A model generated the notes under the pieces. It had not been told where the DNA came from. It did no database searches and saw only the letters and a program-made list of their open reading frames with translations. A stretch of DNA of 64,000 nucleotides, from positions 20,956,001 through 21,020,000 of the forward strand of contig OZ024754.1 in assembly GCA_964016885.1 (NCBI GenBank). Reading direction: 5' to 3'. Origin of the DNA: Eledone cirrhosa (taxonomy: Eukaryota). Shown in pieces: positions 57,201 through 64,000 of this stretch (positions within the stretch are counted from its first letter, which is position 1; each line of letters starts with the position of its first letter). Made by a program: the position numbers and the translations under genes.

Positions 57201-59910
57201 CATAGACTCCCTCCCATATTAGCCTTGGTATTAACATAGAGAATCCCCACCCCCTTATTACCCTTGGTAGTAATATAGACTCCCTCCCATATTACCCTTG
57301 GTATTTAACATAGAGACGCCCTCCCATATTACCCTTGGTATTAACATAGAGACGCCCTCCCATATTACCCTTGGTATTAACATAGACTCCCTCCCATATT
57401 ACCCTTGGTATTAACATAGACTCCCTCCCATATTACCCTTGGTATTAACATAGAGACTCCCTCCCATATTACCCTTGGTATTAACATAGACTCCCTCCCA
57501 TATTAGACTTGGTATTAACATAGACTCCCTCCCATATTACCCTTGGTATTAACATAGACTCCCTCCCATATTACCCTTGGTATTAACATTGACTCCCTCA
57601 CATATTAGCCTTGGTATTAACATAGACTCCCTCCCATATTACCCTCGGTATTAACATTGACTCCCTCACATATTACCCTTGGTATTAACATAGACTCCCT
57701 CCCATATTACCCTTGGTATTAACATAGGGACTCCCTCCCATATTACCTTTGGTATTAACATAGGGACTCCCTCCCATATTAGCCTTGGTATTAACATAGA
57801 CTCCCTGCCATATTATCCTTTGTATTAACATAGACTCCCTCCCATATTACCCTTGGTATTAACATAGACTCCTCCCATATTACCCTTGGTATTAACATAG
57901 ACTCCCTCCCATATTAGCCTTGGTATTAACATAGAGAATCCCCACCCCCTTATTACCCTTGGTATTAATATAGACTCCCTCCCATATTACCCTTGGTATT
58001 AACATAGAGACTCCCTCCCATATTACCCTTGGTATTAACATAGACTCCCACCCATATTACCCTTGGTATTAACATTGACTCCCTCACATATTAGCCTTGG
58101 TATTAACATAGACTCCCTCCCATATTACCCACGGTATTAACATTGACTCCCTCACATATTACCCTTGGTATTAACATAGACTCCCTCCCATATTACCCTT
58201 GGTATTAACATAGGGACTCCCTCCCATATTACCCTTGGTATTAACATAGGGACTCCCTCCCATATTAGCCTTGGTATTAACATAGACTCCCTCCCATATT
58301 AGCCTTGGTATTAGCATAGAGACTCCGTCCCGTATTACCCTTGGTATTAACATAGACTCACTCCCATATTACCCTTGGTATTAACATAGGGACTCCCTCA
58401 CATATTACACTTGGTATTAACAGAGACCCCCCCCCCATATTACCATAAGTATTAACATAGACTCCCTCCCATGTTAGCCTTGGTATTAACATAGACTCCC
58501 TCCCATATTAGCCTTGGTATTAACATAGACTCCCTCCCATATTAGCCTTTGTATTAACATAGATTCCCTCCCATATTACCCTTGGTATTAACATAGGGAC
58601 TCCCTCCCATATTAGCCTTGGTATTAACATAGACTCCCTCCCATATTACCCTTGGTATTAACATAGACTCCCTCCCATGTTAGCCTTGGTATTAACATAG
58701 ACTCCCTCCCATATTAGCCTTGGTATTAACACAGACTCCCTCCCATATTAGCCTTGGTATTAACATAGACTCCCTCCCATCTTAGCCTTGGTATTAACAT
58801 AGACTCCCACCCATATTACCCTTGGTATTAACATAAGGACTCCCTCCCATATTACCCTTGGTATTAACATAGGAACTCCCTCCCATATTACCCTTGGTAT
58901 TAACATAGACTCCCTCCCATATTACCATTGGTATTATCATAGGGACTCCCTCCCATATTACCCTTGGTATTAACATAGACTCCCTTCCATATTACCCTTG
59001 GTATTAACATAGACACCCTCCCATATTACCTTTGGTATTCTGATAGGGACACCCTCCCATATTAACATTGGTATTAACATAGACTCCCTCCCATATTACC
59101 CTTGGTATTAACATAGACTCCCTCCCATACTACCCTTGGTATTAACATAGGGACTCCCTCCCGTATTAGCCATGGTATTAACATACACTCCCTCCCATAT
59201 TAGCCTTGGTATTAACATAGAGACTCCCCCCATATTACCCTTGGTATTAACATAGACACCCTCCCATATTACCCTTGGTATTATCATATGGACACCCTCC
59301 CATATTACCCTTGGTATTAACATAGACTCCCTCCCATATTAGCCTTGGTATTAACATACGGACTCCCTCCCATATTACCCTTGGTATTAACATAGGGACT
59401 CCCTGCCATATTAGACTTGGTATTAACATAGACTCCCTCCCATATTACCCTTGGTACTAACATAGACTCCCTCCCATATTACCCTTGGTAATAACATAGG
59501 GACTCCCTCCTATATTAGACTTGGTATTAACATAGACTCCCTCCCATATTACCCTTGGTATTAACATGCACTCCCTTCTATATCAGACGTGGTATTAACA
59601 TAGGGACTCCCTCCCATATTAGACTTGGTATTAACATAGGGACACCCTCCCATATTACCCTTGGTATTAACACAGACTCCCTCCCATATTAGCCTTGGTA
59701 TTAACATAGGGACTCCCTCCCATATTAGACTTGGTATTAACATAGACTCCCTCCCATATTACCCTTTTTATTATCATAGGGACTCCCTCCCATATTACCC
59801 TTGGTATAAACATAGACTCCCACCCATATTACCATAAGTATTAACATAGACTCCCTCCCATGTTAGCCTTGGTATTAACATAGACTCCCTCCCATATTAG
59901 CCTTGGTATT
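51220..59910. repeat. Tandem duplication of ~4.3 kb (4286 then 4320 bp)
   Basis: ORF pairs 51303/55589, 52282/56568 and 53885/58171 (4286), then 54474/58794, 54788/59108 and 55241/59561 (4320, one extra 34-mer). Confidence 0.92.
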
Positions 59911-61400
59911 AACATAGACTCCCTCCCATATTAGCCTTGGTATTAACATAGATTCCCTCCCATATTACCCTTGGTATTAACATAGGGACTCCCTCCCATA
60001 TTAGCCTTGGTATTAACATAGACTCCCTCCCATATTACCCTTGGTATTAACATAGACTCCCTCCCATGTTAGCCTTGGTATTAACATAGACTCCCCCCCA
60101 TATTAGCCTTGGTATTAACACAGACTCCCTCCCATATTAGCCATGGTATTAACATAGACTCCCTCCCATATTAGCCTTGGTATTAACATAGACTCCCTCC
60201 CATATTACCCTTGGTATTAACATAGGGACTCCCTCCCATATTACCCTTGGTATTAACATAGACTCCCTTCCATATTACCCTTGGTATTAACATAGACACC
60301 CTCCCATATTACCTTTGGTATTCTGATAGGGACACCCTCCCATATTAACATTGGTATTAACATAGACTCCCTCCCATATTACCCTTGGTATTAACATAGA
60401 CTCCCTCCCATATTACCCTTGGTATTAGCATAGCCTCCCTCCCATATTACCCTTGGTATTAACATAGACTCCCTCCCATACTACCCTTGGTATTAACATA
60501 GGGACTCCCTCCCATATTACCCTTGGTATTAACATAGGGACTCCCTGCCATATTAGACTTGGTATTAACATAGACTCCCTCCCATATTACCCTTGGTATT
60601 AACATAGACTCCCTCCCATATTACCCTTGGTACTAACATACACTCCCTCCCATATTACCCTTGGTATTAACATAGGGACTCCCTCCTATATTAGACTTGG
60701 TATTAACATAGACTCCCTCCCATATTACCCTTGGTATTAACATGCACTCCCTTCTATATCAGACGTGGTATTAACATAGGGACTCCCTCCCATATTAGAC
60801 TTGGTATTAACATAGGGACTCCCTCCCATATTACCCTTGGTATTAACACAGACTCCCTCCCATATTAGCCTTGGTATTAACATAGGGACTCCCTCCCATA
60901 TTAGACTTGGTATTAACATAGACTCCCTCCCATATTACCCTTTTTATTATCATAGGGACTCCCTCCCATATTACCCTTGGTATTAACATAGACTCCCACC
61001 CATATTACCATAAGTATTAACATAGACTCCCTCCCATGTTAGCCTTGGTATTAACATAGACTCCCTCCCATATTAGCCTTGGTATTAACATAGACTCCCT
61101 CCCATATTAGCCTTGGTATTAACATAGATTCCCTCCCATATTACCCTTGGTATTAACATAGGGACTCCCTCCCATATTAGCCTTGGTATTAACATAGACT
61201 CCCTCCCATATTACCCTTGGTATTAACATAGACTCCGTCCCATGTTAGTCTTGGTATTAACATAGACTCCCTCCCATATTAGCCTTGGTATTAACACAGA
61301 CTCCCTCCCATATTAGCCTTGGTATTAACATAGACTCCCTCCCATATTAGCCTTGGTATTAACATAGACTCCCTCCCATATTACCCTTGGTATTAACATA
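59430..61400. repeat. Less perfect ~0.8-kb duplication 1176 bp apart
   Basis: ORFs 59561/60737 and marker ACCATAAGTA at 59831/61007 (offset 1176). Several substitutions differ between the copies. Confidence 0.8.
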
Positions 61401-64000
61401 GGGACTCCCTCCCATATTACCCCTGGTATTAACATAGGGACTCCCTCCCATATTACCCTTGGTATTAACATAGATTCCCTCCCATATTACCCTTGGTATT
61501 ATCATAGGGACTCCCTCCCATATTACCCTTGGTATTATCATATGGACACCCTCCCATATTACCCTTGGTATTAACATAGACTCCCTCCCATATTAGCCTT
61601 GGTATTAACATATGGACTCCCTCCCATATTACCCTTAGTATTAACATAGGGACTCCCTCCCATATTAGACTTGGTATTAACATAGACTCCCTCCCATATT
61701 ACCCTTGGTATTATCATAGGGACTCCCTCCCATATTACCCTTGGTATTAACATAGACTCCCTCCCATATTACCCATGGTATTAACATAGACTCCCTCCCA
61801 TATTACCCTTGGTACTAACATAGACTGCCTCCCATATTACACTTGGTATTAATATAGACTCCCTCACATATTACCCTTGGTATTAACATAGACTCTCTCC
61901 CATATTAGACTTGGTATTAATATAGAGACTCCCTCCCATATTACCCTTGGTATTAACATAGACTCCCTCTCATTTTAGACTTGGTATTAGTATAGAGACT
62001 CCCTCCCATATTACCCTTGGTATTAACATAGACTACCTCGCATATTACCCTTGGTATTAATATAGAGACTCCCTCCCATATTACCCTTGGTATTAACATA
62101 GACTACCTCCCATATTACCCTTGGTATTAACATAGGGACTCCCTCCCATATTACACTTGGTATTAATATAGAGACTCCCTCCCTTATTACCCTTGGTATT
62201 AACATAGACTCCCTCCCATATTAGCCTTCGTATTAACATAGGGACTCCCTCCCATATTACCCTTGGTATTAACATAGGGAATCCCTCCCATATTAGACTT
62301 GGTATTAACATAGACTCCCTCCCATATTACCCTTTTTAGTATCATAGGGACTCCCTCCCATATTACCCTTGGTATTAACATAGACTCCCTCCCATATTAA
62401 CCTTGTTATTAACATAGGGCCTCCCTCCTATATTACCCTTAGTATTAACATAGACTCCCTCCCATATTACCCTTGGTATTAACATAGACTCCCTGCCATA
62501 TTATCCTTTGTATTAACATACACTCCCTCCCATATTACCCTTGGTTTTAACATAGACTCCCTCCCATATTACCCTTGGTACTAACATAGACTCCCTCCCA
62601 TATTACCCTTGGTATTAACATAGACACCCTCCCATATTACATTTGGTATTATGATAGGGACACCCTCCCATATTACCCTTGGTATTAACATAGACTCCCT
62701 CCCATATTAGCCTTGGTATTAACATAGGGACTCCCTCCTATATTACCCTTAGTATTAACATAGATTCCCTCCCATATTACCCTTGGTATTAACATAGACT
62801 CCCTCCCATGTTAGCCTTGGTATTAACATAGACTCCCTCCCATATTAGCCTTGGTATTAACATAGACTCCCTCCCATATTACCCTTGGTACTAACATAGA
62901 CTCCCTCCCATATTACCCTTGGTATTAACATTGGGACTCCCTCCTAAATTAGACTTGGTATTAACATAGACTCCCTCCCATATTACCCTTGGTATTAACA
63001 TGCACTCCCTTCTATATCAGACGTGGTATTAACATAGTGACTCCCTCCCATATTAGACTTGGTATTAACATAGGGAGTCCCTCCCATATTAGCCTTGGTA
63101 TTAACATAGACTCCCTCCCATATTAGCCTTGGTATTAACATAGGGACTCCCTCCCATATTAGACTTGGTATTAACATAGACTCCCTCCCATATTAGACTT
63201 GGTATTAACATAGGGACTCCCTCACATATTACCCTTGGTATTAACATAGAGACACTCTCCCATATTACCCTTGGTTTTAACATTGGGACTCCCTCCTAAA
63301 GTAGACTTGGTATTAAGATAGACTCCCTCCCATATTACCCTTGGTATTAACATAGGGACTCCCTCCCATATTACACTTGGTATTAATATAGAGACTCCCT
63401 CCCATATTACCCTTGGTATTAACATAGACTCCCTCCCATATTAGACTTGGTATTAATATAGAGACTGCCTTCCATATTACCCTTGGTATTAACATAGGGA
63501 CTCCCTCCCATATTACACTTGGTATTAATATAGAGACTCCCTCCCATATTACCCTTGGTATTAATATAGACTCCCTCCCATATTAGAATTGGTATTAATA
63601 TAGAGACTCCCTCCCATATTACCCTTGGTATTAACATAGACTCCCTCCCATATTAGACTTGGTATTAATATAGAGACTCCCTCCCATATTACCCTTGGTA
63701 TTAACATAGACCACCTCGCATATTACCCCTGGTATTAATATAGAGACTCCCTCCCATATTACCCTCGGTATTAACATAGACTCCCTCCCATATTAGACTT
63801 GGTATTAATATAGAGACTCCCTCCCATATTACCCTTGGTATTAACATAGGGACTCCCTCCCATATTACCCTTGATATTAACATAGAGACCCCCCCCATAT
63901 TACCCTTGGTATTAACATAGACTCCCTCCCATATTTCCCTTGGTATTAACATAGGGACTCCCTCCCATATTACCCTTGGTATTAACATAGACTCCCTCCC

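Larger units (their letters stand above)
1..64000. repeat. Tandem satellite array of 34/36-bp monomers, consensus [GG|AG|-]ACTCCCTCCCATATTACCCTTGGTATTAACATAG, head-to-tail in one orientation
   Basis: Every line consists of this unit (canonical 34-mer e.g. 3175-3208). 36-mers read CATAG-GG-ACTCCC or CATAG-AG-ACTCCC. No intervening unique sequence or strand switch was seen. Confidence 0.99.

Noticed and set aside
198-63988. Numerous 60-144 aa ORFs (MLIPRVIWEGVP / YVNTKGNMGGSP repeats) as a repetitive protein or peptide-precursor family
   Set aside because: They follow from repeat arithmetic. Two minus-strand frames are open, each 34-mer shifts the frame, and the third frame stops at TGTTAA. 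ORF length simply tracks runs of 36-mers. There are no unique leaders or domains, and frame-breaking 34-, 33- and 22-bp units are abundant.
1-64000. CRISPR array (34-36-bp, weakly palindromic repeats)
   Set aside because: The repeats abut directly with no unique spacers, leader or cas genes. The variation consists of point changes inherited in duplicated blocks.
1-64000. Telomerase-made telomeric repeat (G-rich strand AGGGTAA resembles AGGGTTA)
   Set aside because: There are no TTAGGG-type tandem runs. Heritable variant monomers copied in kb-scale blocks point to recombination rather than templated addition. A subtelomeric location is not excluded.
1-64000. 34/36 and variant pattern as a functional digital code or programmed diversification cassette
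   Set aside because: The order is accounted for by nested duplications and whole-monomer indels. No recombinase, reverse transcriptase, expression site or template/variable region pair is present.

Overview
The whole 64 kb is one uninterrupted, single-orientation tandem satellite array of about 1,800-1,880 monomers (64,000 divided by 34-36), and it continues past both window edges. The consensus 34-bp monomer is ACTCCCTCCCATATTACCCTTGGTATTAACATAG (41% GC, 11 C versus 3 G, no CpG). It is interspersed with 36-bp forms carrying an extra GG or AG after CATAG. I found no genes, RNA genes, transposons, CRISPR spacers, inversions or unique sequence. All listed ORFs are by-products of translating the repeat: 36-mers keep the frame, 34-mers shift it, and the third minus-strand frame has stops. 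The notable signal is structural. (i) Repetition is nested: 12-bp subunits, 34/36-bp monomers, 70/72-bp dimers, and recent near-identical duplications of 0.4-7 kb with no fixed higher-order period. (ii) The monomer contains two imperfect dyads, and several independent variants perfect them, including a compensatory C-G double change. (iii) One highly diverged landmark monomer has its own sub-lineages. (iv) The array has strong C/G strand asymmetry with G4/i-motif potential. The sequence looks eukaryotic and heterochromatic, but I cannot assign organism, satellite family or chromosomal position. I cannot support a novel gene system. Offsets come from matching ORF-track coordinates and reading diagnostic variants by eye, so block edges are approximate to within a few monomers.
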